Below, in pieces: positions 12,176-25,848 of a stretch of DNA of 64,000 nt. Under the pieces are notes generated by a model that had not been told where the DNA came from, did no database searches, and saw only the letters and a list, made by a program, of their open reading frames with translations. Made by a program: the position numbers and the translations under genes. Location: the NCBI GenBank assembly GCA_038496445.1, contig JALMLS010000424.1, positions 65,851 to 129,850 of the forward strand, written 5' to 3'. The DNA comes from Trichosphaerium sp. ATCC 40318. Taxonomy: Eukaryota > Protista > Tubulinea. Position 1 is the stretch's first letter. Every line of letters begins with the position of its first letter.

Positions 12176-12745
12176 TTATTTTGATACAGAGAAAGACTCT
12201 TCACAAGCACAGAGACTCTTAGCGTTTGGATTTTGAAATTTAAACTGGGACATTTCAGGTTTTTTAATGTAGTCAAGTTCTGTCCCTACTATGTACAATT
12301 CGGCTTTACGGTCAACTAGAACCGTTAAATCTATAAACAAGTAAGCCATATAATAGATTAATACTGTCATTTGAGCTTCATACCATCTTCTTTTACGATA
12401 TTATCTGTTTCTTTAACATCGGTGGCGTATTCCATCCAGTATTTGAACTGTGCACAGCCACCTAGTTTATCGTTAGTGTTTTAGGCGTTTGATCGTATTT
12501 TATTTTAATTCTTAACCGTACCAGGTTTTACGCCTACACGTATACCTTTCATATCAGGTTTTTTAGATATAATACTCCTTAGCTTTGAGCGAGCATTGTC
12601 TGTCTGGTAAAAATATTAAAACTTATTTATTTTGCGATTTTACGCGCTATTAACGCTAATAAATGCGTAACAGCATTTTTTTACGTACAACAGTGAAAAG
12701 TGCCCTTTGGGGTCTCTTCAACCGAGTTGCTAGTCTTGTAGCCAT
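12176..12745 (-). CDS. ISCA1: A-type iron-sulfur cluster assembly protein (IscA/Isa family)
   Basis: Spliced exons give GIRVGVKPGGCAQFKY, VLVDRKAELYIVGTELDY and FKFQNPNAKSLCACEESF, with all three Cys ligands present. Confidence 0.88.
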
Positions 12746-12932
12746 AAACAGCCCTCAACTGCAATGTATTTTAAGCTTGTTGAGCTCAGTACAGAATATA
12801 GAAATATTTCTCGCGTGAAAATAATTACGTTGACTTTGAATTTTTTGACTGTTTTTATTCCACAAGTTTTTTCATCGATGTGCGCTCAAGGTCAAACAAG
12901 CATGCTATTGTGTAGCTAAAAAGCGAATGCGT

Positions 12933-15799
12933 TTACAACCACTCGGTTGTACCAGGTGGTTTTCCTGTCAAATCATATACAACACGTGATATACCCTCAA
13001 TAGCCATTATTTCTTTTGCCATCTCTTCAACTGTTTCTTGCGTGATATGCTTTCCAGGCACAGCAGGAGACCCGGTCATAAAGTCCTAAACAAGCGTAAG
13101 TAACACGAGCCTATAATATCTTTAAACACAACATGCCTGGGTCCTAAAGGTTCTAATAGCGATAGAGTGACCATCACCGCCTTCAAAGTCTACTGGGAAC
13201 AGAACAACAGGCATTTGAGAAAGGCGTGGTACTTGCTTATGCTTGAGTAAAATCTAAACGGCATGAGCCTGCGCACGTGGTTGCAAAATGTCGTTTCTCA
13301 AAATACCTCAAACGCTTTGGCGTCTGCGCGCTGGAGTAGTGCTATCTCCTTCGGCAGTAAGTACGTTGGCGTGATCTTTTTGATAGGCGCATCAAAAGGA
13401 GCACCAAAAGTATACACAACACGGTTGATGTTATGGCAGACCTAAAAGTTTGGTAAGCGCCTTTGTCATCAAGCACAAAGCTTGAATACCTTTGGAATTG
13501 CAGAAGCAAAGAAAAAGTAAGGATCCCACGCATCACCAGTTGGTATTGATTTACATGATAAAGCAGCAACATAGCTATAGGTCCTACAATCACCTTGAAC
13601 TCCAACAGATTGGATAGGCAACAAAGTTGATGAGATAGATTTATCAGCTATTACTTTTTTCCTCATTTCTGTTGCCTCTGGTGCCATTTTACCAAGCCAT
13701 ACCTTTCAGAGAAACAGTAAGCATATAGTTCTAAAACCAAAGTCTTAAACGCACGTCTAGTTCTTGTTTCTTTTCTTTGGTGATAAACTTATCATCATTG
13801 CTTACAAGGTAAGATACAATACCAAAAGTTTCGTCATAGTTATCTGAAACAAGAAGTTACAAAAACAACTTGTGCATGATTTTCTAAGTACCAAGGAATG
13901 GTTCAGAAGCGCAAATAATACGAATAGCTAGTCCTGGACCAGGGAATGGATGTCTTGAAACGAGCTCATCAGGGAGACCCAAACTGCGACCAAGCTCACG
14001 TACTTCGTCCTGTTCGTTAAAGTTATACAGTCGGTTTTCGAAAACAGGCTTACCTTGTGGTACTCTTGTAGAGGCTCAACGATTCTTCCAATATCACGCA
14101 ATTTACGTACTAAATTAGTATCGTTGTGATGTGTTTTGATAACATTTGCTGAAGCAGAAGCGATTTTTGAAGCAGATTCAATCAAGTCAGGACGTAATGT
14201 TCCTTGAGCAAGAACAATATTTTCTGGATCAAGTTTAAGTTCTTGAATTTTAGCTTGTGCGACCTGTATAGTTTAGTAGTAATTATGAAATAGGTATCAG
14301 AATATTAACAAGTCACATGAACATACTGTCATGAAAGTATCACCAATTATTTTTCTTCTCTCTTCTGGAGAAATAGTATCTTTTAGTTTTTTCGTTTGCT
14401 TTCCATTAACCTCTGTTGTAGCATTAAAGAATGTCTCTCCTGCATTTAGAACTATTCAAATATTAAACAATAACAATATAAAAGACTGTACATACCTTGT
14501 AGTGATATACCAACACCCTCAAGCGCAACTTTTACTTTAGCACTTTCCTTTAAAAATGGTTAATGGAATATTTAAACGAAAATTGTGTACTTCGTGTCTC
14601 ATGAATCCGTTATCTACATGAATAGCATATACATTTTCGGATCCAATAGCTTCTTTACATAAAGCAGCACAAACTGTTGAATCTACACCACCAGAAACAA
14701 GAACAAGGATTTGTTTTTTGCCAACTTTGCTCTAAACAACTTAATGTTAATTTAAAGGTTTTTTCTTGTTTTTACCCACGTACCCTAATGTAATCTTTTG
14801 CTAACTGCATCCTATCAGCTGGAGTAAACGATCCAGAGAAACCACAAACAGAAAAGAGGAAGTTCTTAAACATCATCTTGCCATTCTCTGTAAGATCTAC
14901 CTAAAGACAATTAAATGTCAGCGTATTATCACTTAAACCAAAAAAGAAGACGCACTTCTGGATGAAACTGAATACCGTATATCTTCGCCTTGTCTTATTG
15001 AAATCATTGTCATTAGCATGTAAAATACCTTAAATAGTATTTAAGTGTACCATTTGCAATACCAGAAATAATCTCTCCTGAACGTGCGATGACATTATAG
15101 CCCTTAAATGAAAAAAATTAATACAAATAAAAATGCACTAACAAACAAAATAACACTTACCTCTCCTGGATTGGTTACAGTATCACCATGTGTCAAAAGA
15201 ACTTTTTGTTTCTCATCCATATTTTCAAACAAAGCCGATGTTGTAGTCACCTATTAGCACATGTTAAACGTCATTCGCGAAATCTAACTTTTTTTCTGAA
15301 TTTATGTGTATTTCTTCTATTACTAACTCACTTTGATCTCAAATTGACCGTCTTCTCGCTCATTCTCTTGAGATACTTTACCTTTGGCGTGATGGGCAAT
15401 CATTTGCATGCCATAACAAATACCAAGGATTGGAAGACCCAATTCGAATATTTTTTCGTCGTACCTATACCTCACGCGTTTAACACTAGTTTAAAGCTAC
15501 CAGACGCACTTTGGGGCAGTTGAAGAATAAACAGAGCCAGGGCCACCAGATATTATAATAGCTATACCACGATTAACTCATTGATAGAGGGAACACTGTA
15601 AAGAACCTTTGAAGCCGCTTTTTTTTAATTCTTCAGCAGGCGTATTAAGAGGCAGTAATTCGGTGTTGACATTCAATTCTCTAACTCTCCTGTCAATCAC
15701 CTTGCCATACTGAGCTCCTGCGTCAAGAATCGCTAAAACCTCTCTGAACGAGTCAATAATAACTCATGAATAATCGCCTACGCACCCAGTTTGAGCCAT
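12933..15799 (-). CDS. GMPS: GMP synthase (glutamine-hydrolysing), multi-exon
   Basis: [109 protein letters not shown]. Confidence 0.96.
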
Positions 15800-15935
15800 G
15801 CTACGTTGTTCGTCTACAAAATACCGAAAGGAAATTTTTTTCAACTTTTTTCTTTTGTACAAGTCGCCAAGTTACTGTTACTGTAAAACACCAAACGCGC
15901 AATACAATAATGTCTACAGCGTAACAGGTTATGAA

Positions 15936-18900
15936 ATGAGTGTCACAGTGGATTTACCCCGCGATGAGTACGTGGTTGGAGAATACGTCGAAGGAGCTGT
16001 ACGTTATTAACACGCGTTAACAAATGTAACGTTTGTTAATGGTGCCATCATATTAGGTTACATATACGCCAGACAAAGAGAGAAAGACAAGGGGAGTGTA
16101 TATAACCTTTTTTGGCTTTCAGGAAGTTAAAGATGGCCCTAATATCCTTGGTACACTTCAGAACGCGTTACTAACTTACCAATATCGCCTAGACGCGAAA
16201 AAAGTCGACTTCTTCTCCACTACCAAGACACTATGGGGTGTCAAACACGACAGACAAGATGGAGGTATGAAGCGCAAGTACGTCATATGGTAGGCCACTA
16301 TAAGCGTAAAATAACTCAAAAAGGTTACCTGCGAATCGAGCTCACACTTGGCCGTTCTCTTTCGAACTACCTGACCATGTACCGCCTTCTATTGTATACA
16401 AAAACGGAAAAGTACGTGTCAAATGTTTGTAAACGCTAAAACGAGTATTTCGTTGTAAACGGTCCGGATTATGTATCTAATAAGCGTAGGTACGCACGAT
16501 ATATGGTTTTGAAGTCGTAGTACAAATTCCAGCCACGATAGGGAACAAAAACATTAAAATCAAGCATTACATACGTGTTGGCATTCTTTATGGTCATATA
16601 CCTGGAAAGGCAGCATCGTTACGTCAAAAATCACCAAAGCTATTTTGGGATAGCAAAAAGAAGAATACGTGTAGATACAAGTAAGTAAAAAGACTAAAGA
16701 AAAATTTGATAGTTTTTTTTTTCGCATTTTTTGCTGATAGTACTTGCAGCGCTCAGGCAAATAAAAAGTTGACATGGCCAGGTGATAATGTTAGAGTAAC
16801 TCTTGAAGTACAAAATGACAGTAAAAGACACGTGAAAGGTTTTTTTTTAAAGGTACATAAAATTGTCTTTTTTTAAACGTTTTCTCAATGTGTCACTTTT
16901 TTTGACATTTTTTCTTATTTTTTTCTTAGCTTCAACAAAATTGGGTTTTAGCAGAAAAAGAAGAATCCATCTCTCTTTTAAAATACACTATCACTGAAGG
17001 ATTTCCTTTGGCTCCTGGTTTTCAAAAAAAGGTACAATCCAATAAAACAACTCGAAATAATTGTCTTTTTTCTGAAGGTGCATTATGGATTACCTATTCC
17101 TGAAAATGTGCCTTGCACTGTACCTCATTCAGCGCTTATATCGCTTCAATATATAATCAAATTTGTGTTTTATATGGGTTTTGGTACTAAGCTTACTGCA
17201 CTAAGTATGCCTATTGTAGTCGCTTCTTTTCCAGAGCTGCAACCAAGGTTTGTGTTTCGACTTTAGATTTTCCACATTTTTCACAATTGATTTTGTTTAG
17301 GTTGAATAACGGAGAACCAGCAGAGACTCACTTTGTTACACCTCCTAAACTAGTTCTATCAGATGATCAACTTGATAAATTGGTGGAGGAAGCATTAAGT
17401 GACAGTGAAGACGAGAAAGAATGGCAACAAGAAGAAGAGCAAAATGAAATAGAGGAAGAAGCTCCAAAACTAAGTACAATCGTTCTCCTCTTAATAGTAG
17501 AAGTAACTTTATCATAGATACGCCCTCCGTACGAGCGAAACTCCCCTCAGGCCCTCCAGCCCGCCGACGCCCAGTACCTCTTCCTCCAAAGGTTACAACT
17601 AAACAACCAGCGCCAAGAAAAGCAGCGCCAAAAAAGTCTGCACCAAAAAAAATGGGTGGTAAATATGCACCTAAGAAATCAGCGTATCAACGCCCTAAAT
17701 ATCGACCAAACGTACCACCTGCAAAGAAAGGCAAGCGTGTAAAGTTAAGACTAAAAAAGAGACCTTTGAAGAAGGGTAAACGTTCATTTGTGGGAAGACC
17801 TAAAAAACCACTTCCAGAGGTACTCTAACCTTCTCAGTATTATCCTAATTTTGTATAAGGTTCAACCTAACAAGAAAGAAAAAACTGAAGCAATACCTGA
17901 ATTTATGAGCCATCGAGATCCACGTGTATGGATTTGTGATAAAAATGTACTTGTTGTTAATTTTTGTTCCTCTTTAGGGAAGAATCTGGGCGCTTCCTGC
18001 TGCTACAGCTACAAGTTTAGTTCCTACAAGTAAAAGAGACGTAACAGATAGACCTGTAGGATATGCAACGGTACATAAACATCAAAACATTTTACACATG
18101 AAAAAAATTAACTACAGCTCTTTTTTTGTTTGATGCATCTCCGCTTTACCAATGTTAGCCAAAAAAACATGAAGAAAACAATTGAAGAAAGAAAAAATAA
18201 CCTTTTTGTAGGCATTGTCTCGTTTTACAGCCGAAAACGAAACAGAAATTAGTTTTTTGATAAATGATAGAATTGAAATATTACAGTACGTTGTGCTAGA
18301 GCACCTTTTTTTGGGTTGTAATTCCGACATTTATTGATTTTATCTTTTCAGAGATGATAGAGGCGATGGGTGGCTTGTTGGTAAGTTACGTGATAAAGTA
18401 GGGTTGGTTCCAGAAAGCTATGTATCGTATGAACCTCTGTTACCAGAAACGATATCACCTCCAGATTCCGATCGAAGTCATGAAGAACTGCCCTCACCTA
18501 CGCCAATACAGGCGGTCCCAGAGCCATCAGTGCCCCCTATCAAACCTCACCCGTTTGTCAAACAAAATACAGCGCCTGTTGTGAACTCTGAACAGATTGT
18601 ACAACCTGTAGTGCATGTGCAATCATCAAGACTTCCAGAAACAGCTGATTTTACGGAATGGTGGGAAGATGAACCAAAACCTCAACAACCTCCACCAACC
18701 CAATATCATCAACCTCATGCTGTATCTTCTCCTGGACCTCCAAAGATTAATAGGCGTAGTCAACCAGCATTTCAAGGATCCAGTATGCCCCCAAAGATCA
18801 ACAGAGGCACTAGGAATGCGTAAGCTTTGCTATTTTGATTTGTTGCTTTTTTTTTTAACTATTTTTTCAGCAACGCCTCAGCGCCACCACCTGTAAATAG

Positions 18901-18976
18901 AATTGTAAAACCAAACGTACCACCCATAAATAGAGGTTCTAAACCAAAAATAAATAGAGGGACTAAACCCTTTTGA
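15936..18976 (+). CDS. Arrestin-domain protein with acidic, Lys/Pro-rich linker, SH3 domain and Pro-rich tail
   Basis: Arrestin-like VTVDLPRDEYVVGEYVEG, HTWPFSFELPDHVPPS and LPIPENVPCTV...ISLQYIIKF. SH3 ALSRFTAENETEISF..NDRIEIL...GDGWLVGKLRDKVGLVPESYV. Tail carries repeated PPKINR motifs; TGA ends at 18976. Confidence 0.78.
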
Positions 18977-19053
18977 AAAGAAAGAGAAGACAGATAAGTG
19001 TAAGGAACTTTTTATTAACTTTATCAAGAAAGGTTTGATTTTTAGTAAGTTGG

Positions 19054-20145
19054 CTACTCTTTGACATATCGTGGGTACGTAGACCTAGCGTCTTTTGTTT
19101 CTTGTAGGTTTAATTCGACTGTCTTTATATACGACGTTATGTTAGTCTGTGCAACTGTAGTACCATTTGGAGTGGTAACCCTTGAAAAAAAAAGTAAGCG
19201 TATCTCATTCCTATCCATTTTCTTACCATCCTCTACCTCCCAGATCGGGAGACCCTGACTCACAGAATCTATTTGAAGACAAACAAAACGCACCAGAAGT
19301 AATAGCAGCACATTTACCTAAAAGTAACTTAGAACTCTTTCTATACGATAGTGTTTTTTTCTTCTTTTTTTCTTACCTCCTGCTACCCAGTTTTCCAAAG
19401 ACCCACGTTCTGTAGAACGTGGTACGACCAAAATATCCATACCATCTTTACCCATCTTTCTAGCATGTTCAAAAAACCACATATCAGAACAAATCTACAC
19501 GACATATAAGACAAGCAACTAAACCTCCTTGATTTACCTGCATGCCAATTGTGACATTATTTCCTCCTACTTCAACATCTATTGTCTCAAACTTTGCTTC
19601 AGGGCTCATGTCATACCATGTAGCTTCCCAGAATCCTTCTTCATCCGGTAGGTAGTGCTTGGTATGAAAAAAAGATACCTTATTGTCTTTCCAAACGAAT
19701 CCTAACAAATTCTCAAGTTAATAAGCTGATCGCCATGCAAGTGGTAGTACCTTCGTTAAATCGTTTACCATCCCTTTCAACGGCAACAGTACTAATTATA
19801 ACAGGGTAACCAAGCGTTGAAAGTATGCCAGATTCACTGATAGAAGTTTGATGAGCTTTCTTTTGAATGAAGCTGATTAGTTGCTAAACAGCTTAATGTG
19901 GTTCGTACAACCGATGATGCCCATTTCTTATCGTCTACCTCTTTATTGGCGTAGATCCATTCAAAAAAAGGCATTTCTACGCGTGGAATAAGCGAAACAA
20001 GGCTCTAAAAGTCATTTGTACGCTTACCTGGCAACAACAGTAAATCGGGATTATTTAGCTTTGCATGAGCTCGTAGAGCCTTCCAGGACGCTTCACGATC
20101 TTTTTCAGACTCAAGGGGCAATTGACACACTGTAGCACGTATCAT
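19054..20145 (-). CDS. Carbon-nitrogen hydrolase (nitrilase/amidase superfamily), multi-exon
   Basis: Spliced product contains the E-K-C triad motifs PDLLLLPEM, FHTKHYLPDEEGFWE and IGMQICSDMWF, plus LVVPRST and AFCLSSNR. Confidence 0.85.
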
Positions 20146-20563
20146 GTTTATGTTAATTTAACTACAGATTGTTACAAGGAAATTTCGTATTGACTTAACA
20201 TAGTTTTATTAGGCACACTTGCTACTCTTTTCGGCGAAACTATAGCCTAATAATGAACTTCACTTGTACGTTATTATAGAAGAGTTTATCTCTACAAAGC
20301 CCAAATAACATGTGGGGTGGTACTTTGGCAAAGCACTTTGATCGGTTTTAAGACACCGTTTTCTACTCACTTTTTTGGTAAATTATTTATTGGGTTTACT
20401 TGGCTGGTACACTCATACAACCGCATCATAGTTTACACGATCTAGAGGTTCTTGATGCTATAAATTTAGTTTGATTGTGATTGGTAGCTTTGTGGGAACT
20501 TATCGCCAACTGGTTGTACTTAAACACCACTACATAGTAAGGTGGATAAAAATAGATATACTT

Positions 20564-22849
20564 CTAGATTGAAGATATTGGTTTGAAAGGTAGTAGAGCA
20601 ACAAGGCATTGAGTGTTGGTAAACAGGGCTCTCAAACCTTCATAATCAAGTGCCTTTGCCAATTTATAAGCTTTGTTTAAAACTGGCACTGTATTGAGAA
20701 TCGTGTCCCAGTGCCTTGTGAAATCAATGAACGGTTGTTGATTTACCAAGTATTCATCTCCCCATTCCGCTTGAGAGTGAAATGAATTGAGTTCTGACAT
20801 TTTATGTTTGTGTTGTCCTGTCATTGCAAATACACGGACAAGAGACATGAGATCGTAGGAAGGTAAATAAACAAATTTTTTGTGAATGTTGAAGTGTACT
20901 TCCTTACAACCAAAGAATGTACTACCTTCAAACTCTGTCATTGTATTTTTCTTGATTGCTGTTCCCCAGTCTATAAGTACACATTTCCCGTTGTGTACAA
21001 CAATGTTATCAATACTTATATCCCTATTAACCAATAAGATGACTAAGTCAAAACGTAACACTTGCCTGTGAACAAATCCGTTTGCATGTAACTGTTCTAA
21101 CGTGTTCACCAAATCAACAAAACTTGGTGTTTTTTCTTGTTTCTCTAGGCTTAAGCCTGTAGGTGTTGTCAAAATGTATTCGAGATTGTTGGTTGTCCGA
21201 CCTGTTGTGATCTGAACAGTGGTAAGAGACAATATTCACAAAAAAAGAAGAGAGTACCAAAGTGGGGACGTTTGGAATGTTGGCTTCATTGATGGTTTTG
21301 AGCATATTTATCTCATGTCTTATAACGTATTTTTTAACCCCTTTGTTAAATACCTTTAGAGCCATTTGAATATCGTTGCTGCTGTTGACAGGTTTGCTTG
21401 ATTTGCAAAAGTCATGTGCAATATCTATACAGTACACATTTGCTGTACCACCGTGACCAAGTAGTTTATGTGGCATAAAATTGGTGTCACGTTTTTTTAG
21501 AACAATTGGATGCCAACCCAAGTGCTCAGGTGAAGAGCTAAGAAGGTGGCTCAGCATTTGAGAGCCTGATGCGTCTTCTGTGGTGTAATCATAGACACCA
21601 GATATGTGGTAGTAGTGAGAAGCCTCTTTGTCATTCCACACCACTTTAATAAACATGATGTATTTATGGTTCGACAACACGCCCCACATAAATTTGCGAT
21701 CTGGTAATGCTCTCATGTACAACGACAGATAGTGCCTATAATAAAGTGAGACAAAAGGTCTCCCTTTCAACAAAAAGATAAAACTCTGCTCGCTAAATTC
21801 TTGTCGTACATGACTTGTCCTATTTCTTCTGATGTGAAATACTTTCTATGGCCAGCTTTGAGTTCCCATACAGCCACAGCTTGCATTTCAGATTTATATT
21901 GAATGTTCTTTGCTGTCAGGATGATATCAGGCTCTTTAGGGTTAACTACACTAGCTGGTTTATCATCTACAAGGTGTGTATCATGGTACATCAAGTGCGG
22001 CAAGTCAGAGTTTTTTAGTATACTCACTAAAAACTCTTGTAGTGCTGACTTTGTGTATGATCCTATTTTACCATTTACCTTTAGCACCTCTATGTCATTA
22101 GCGACAGGTTCTTGATTTGGATTTATAACAAACAGGGTATTATCAGGGTCATAAATACCACAGAAGTTTAAAAGACACTTGTGTAGGTTTCCCTCACAGA
22201 AGTCAAGAAGTTCCAAATGTTTTAGTCTTTTCATTAACTTATTGTATTCATAAATACTGTCATAATCTAACAAACAGAGATTGAACTGAGCAAAGTATCG
22301 TTTAAAGTCAAGTCATTACCAACACCCATTAGCCTTAATGTTCTCAAACTCCCTTTAAGTCGTTTTAATTCTCGAAGTTCTGCAACAACACCAGCATATT
22401 GCTTTTCATGGTTTTTTTCTATTCTCGCCATGTTATTTTTCATTTGTTGCATTTGTTCTTTCGTCTCATCTTTCAGTTGTTGTACTAAAGCTAGTACAGC
22501 TGGGTTTATTGAGTCTACATTCCTGAAAGTGTTTGTTACTTTGTTGAGTAGCCCATTACGTACTGTTCGCGCTTTGTTGGTACGTCAGGAGGCTTGACAG
22601 GTTTTTGATTGGGTTTTCGTCTCTTTTTTGCTACCTTGCGTTTTTTCGTGACCGTAGTGCCTGATTCAGTTAGAGAAGCACGGAAATAAGAGGTTTAAGT
22701 AAAAAAGCTCCAAAACGTACTCTCTGCATCGTTTGTGCGATTACGCGTCGTGCCTAAGCGTAACGTTAGAAAAAGAAAGTACCGAATACAGTTTCATAAG
22801 GCTGTGTTGTCGTACTCCGTGTTAGTCGTTTGCGTTTACGGTCAGCCAT
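20564..22849 (-). CDS. Crinkler/RHS (CR)-type protein copy 1: basic N-terminus, coiled coil, PD-(D/E)xK REase-like domain, protein kinase
   Basis: Starts MADRKRKR. REase-like EPDIILT...AVAVWELK...GQV. Kinase LLGHGGTANVY, ALKVF, HEINML, HANGFVHR|DISIDNIV and LIDWG. Confidence 0.8.
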
Positions 22850-22921
22850 GTCTCTGGCTTATCAATGCAGGTGGAGCTGGTCAAACGTTGCTACAGCTAT
22901 TTTGAGGCAAGTCCCGAAAAT

Positions 22922-23005
22922 TATGACTGATGTAACAGTTTCTGTGAACAATCTGTTTGCACGCAACTGTTCTAATGTGTCCACCAAAACTTGGTGTTTT
23001 TTCTT
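22922..23005 (-). pseudogene. Decayed fragment of a third CR-kinase copy lying between the two intact paralogs
   Basis: TGTGAACAATCTGTTTGCACGCAACTGTTCTAATGTGTCCACC-AAAACTTGGTGTTTTTTCTT aligns to about 21068-21139 with small deletions; it encodes a DTLEQLRAN remnant. Confidence 0.7.
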
Positions 23006-23212
23006 AACCTGCCAGATTTTTCCCCACAGGCTACGTGTATGGAGCCCTTTGGTCTTACAATATTGATACAATAAACGAATCAACCTGCCGTTTATTTTTG
23101 TGTCTAATAAGCATAGCCTACAGACAAAGCAAGGAGTTCCGTGACCAACATGACCTTGCGTACTTTTATTATTCTGTGCATTACATGTTATTGTTGCTAG
23201 TCACATGTACTA

Positions 23213-25562
23213 TCATAGCCGCTTGAAAGGAACAAGTGCTAGGCATTGGGTATGAGTAAAAAACTGCCTCAAGCCTTGGTAGTCAAGTGCTGATGCAAGT
23301 TTATAGGCATCAATAAAGTTAGCATCAAGAACTGTATCCCAATGTCTTGTGAAATCTATGAATGGCTGTTGACTTGCCAAATGTCCAGATCTCCAGTTCA
23401 CTTGAGAGTGAAATGAATTGAGTTCTGACATTTTATGTTTGTGTTGTCCTGTCATTGCAAAAACACGGACAAGAGACATGAGATCGTAGGAAGGTAAATA
23501 AACAAATTTTTTGTGAATATTGAAGTGTACTTCCTTACAACCAAAGAATGTACTACCTTCAAACTCTGTCATTGTGTTTGTCTTGATTGCTGTTCCCCAG
23601 TCTATAAGTACACATTTCCCGTTGTGTACAACAATGTTATCAATACTTATATCCCTATTAACCAATAAGATGACTAAGTCAAAACGTAACACATGCCTGT
23701 GAACAAATCCATTTGCATGTAACTGTTCTAACGTGTTCACCAAATCAACAAAACTTGGTGTTATTCGCTGTTTTTCTAGACTTTTCCCAGCAGGTGCTGT
23801 TATACTGTAGTAGAGTCCTTTTGTGGTCTTACCACTTGTAACCTGAGATAAAATATTGTTAGCTTATGAACTAAAACAAAAAGGAGTACCAAGGTAGGGA
23901 CATTGGGAATGTTGACTTCATTGATGGCTTTGAGCATTTTTATTTCGTGTTTGACAACATGATCAGCTAACCTGCTTTTGAAAACTTTGAGAGCCATGCA
24001 AACATTGTCATTTTCATCAGCAATGTATTTCGAGGTTGATTCAAACAATGTCGCAGAGACATCTATGGAGTACACGTTTGCTGTGCCACCCTCACCAAGA
24101 AGTGTATGTGGTATCAAACTTATATCCTTGTGTTGTAAAACAACTGGACTCCAACCCAAGTGCTTAGGTGAAGAGCTAAGAAAGTGGCTCAGCATTTGAG
24201 AGCCTGGTGCGTCTTCTGTGGTGTAATCATAGACACCAGATACAGTATAATAGTGAGAAGCCTCATTGTCATTCCACACCACTTTAATAAACATGATGTA
24301 TTTATGGTTCGACAACACGCCCCACATAAATTTGCGATCTGGTAGTGCTATCATGTACAATGAAAGAACGTGCCTATAAATAAAGTGAGAAGACTTTTAA
24401 ACCTATTTTGTTCGCCAAATTCTTGTCGTACATGACTTGTCCTATTTCTTCTGAACCGAAATACTTGCTGTGGCCCGCTTTGAGTTCCCATACAGCCACA
24501 GCTTGCATTTCAGATTTATAACGAATGTTCTTTGCTGTTAATGCAATATCAGGTTGCTTGGAGTCAAGCATACTAGGCTTTCTTGGTCCATTCACCAAAT
24601 CCACATTGTGGTATGCCAAGAAAGGTATTTCCAAGTCTTTTAGTATATTCACTACCAACTCTCGTAGCTTGGCCTTTGAGTATATGTTCTCTGTGACATC
24701 TTCCGGGTTTGGATCTGCTAACATGTCGCTTTGAGGTTCGGTAATACCACAAAATTTAATGAGACAGTTGTCTTTGGCGTTTATGTAAAAGTCTGGTATC
24801 TTCATTATCTTCATTTTGAACATCTTATTGCATTCGTAAACACTTTCATAATCTAAATACAAATTAGATTACTTCACAGAAATAATGAGAGAGTGTACCA
24901 AGACCCAGTAGCTTTGAGAATGGTCTGATACTGCCAAAAAGCCTTTTCAATTTTCGAGCTTCCTCAAGTACAATAGCATATTTTTCTTTGTATTTGTTTT
25001 CTAGTGCTTGACACTGTTCTTTCTGTTCAGCAAGAGTCTTGTTATATTCTTCATATTGTAAATCGCTTTCTGCTTCGTTTCTTTCAATTCTCTCATTCAT
25101 TGCTCGCAATACTGCCATCAACTCTGGGTCTATAGTGCTGGGCATCGTAAATGGGTTTACATTGTCTGTAGACGGTTGAGGGTCGCTTCTTTTGACCGGT
25201 TTTTCAGGTGAAGGGTCAACAACATCTGCAACTGTTTGTTAAAAAGTAATGAGTTCAGTTTATGTACCTGACACATGTTGTTTGCGTTTTTTTGAAACAC
25301 GAGTACTATTCGTTGTTTTGCGCTTGCGTTTCGTTTGTTTTGTTTGTTTTTTCACAACTGTACGTTTCTTCGTTGGTGTAGAGTCTGAATCACCTGGTTG
25401 AGTGTTAAACAAGAACAATAGAAACAATATTGCTTGAGCTTACTCTCCAGAGCGCTTGTACGTTGGTTGAGGGTCATACCCAGCGTTACGTAAATTGGTG
25501 GTTCTAAACTAAACTTTAAAGCAATTGTTCGTACTCCTTGTTATTCGTTTACGTTCAGCCAT
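23213..25562 (-). CDS. Crinkler/RHS (CR)-type REase-like + kinase protein copy 2
   Basis: Same architecture and matching intron positions as copy 1: MAERKR, QPDIALT...VWELK, LLGEGGTANVY, ALKVF, HR|DISIDN, LIDWG. Confidence 0.8.
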
Positions 25563-25848
25563 ACTTGATTGACGTTGCAGGTTATTTGCAAGTCCAAATA
25601 AAGACTTTGGTAGGTCAATATTTTCCAGACTTACCTAAAATAGTCCTACGTAATTTAAATTCTTGTGTTTTGTGCATGACTTTTTTACCACCACAAAGTG
25701 TTCTGCAAGGATACATATATGGATAGCTAGCTTAACAAAGGGCTAACTTTGCCTCAACAAGCGGTAAGCTTTACAATGAAAGGGAATGGAGTTTGCACGT
25801 GTCTTAAGTAGTTAAGTCCAAACAGTTTTTTATTCGCTTCTTCAGAAC

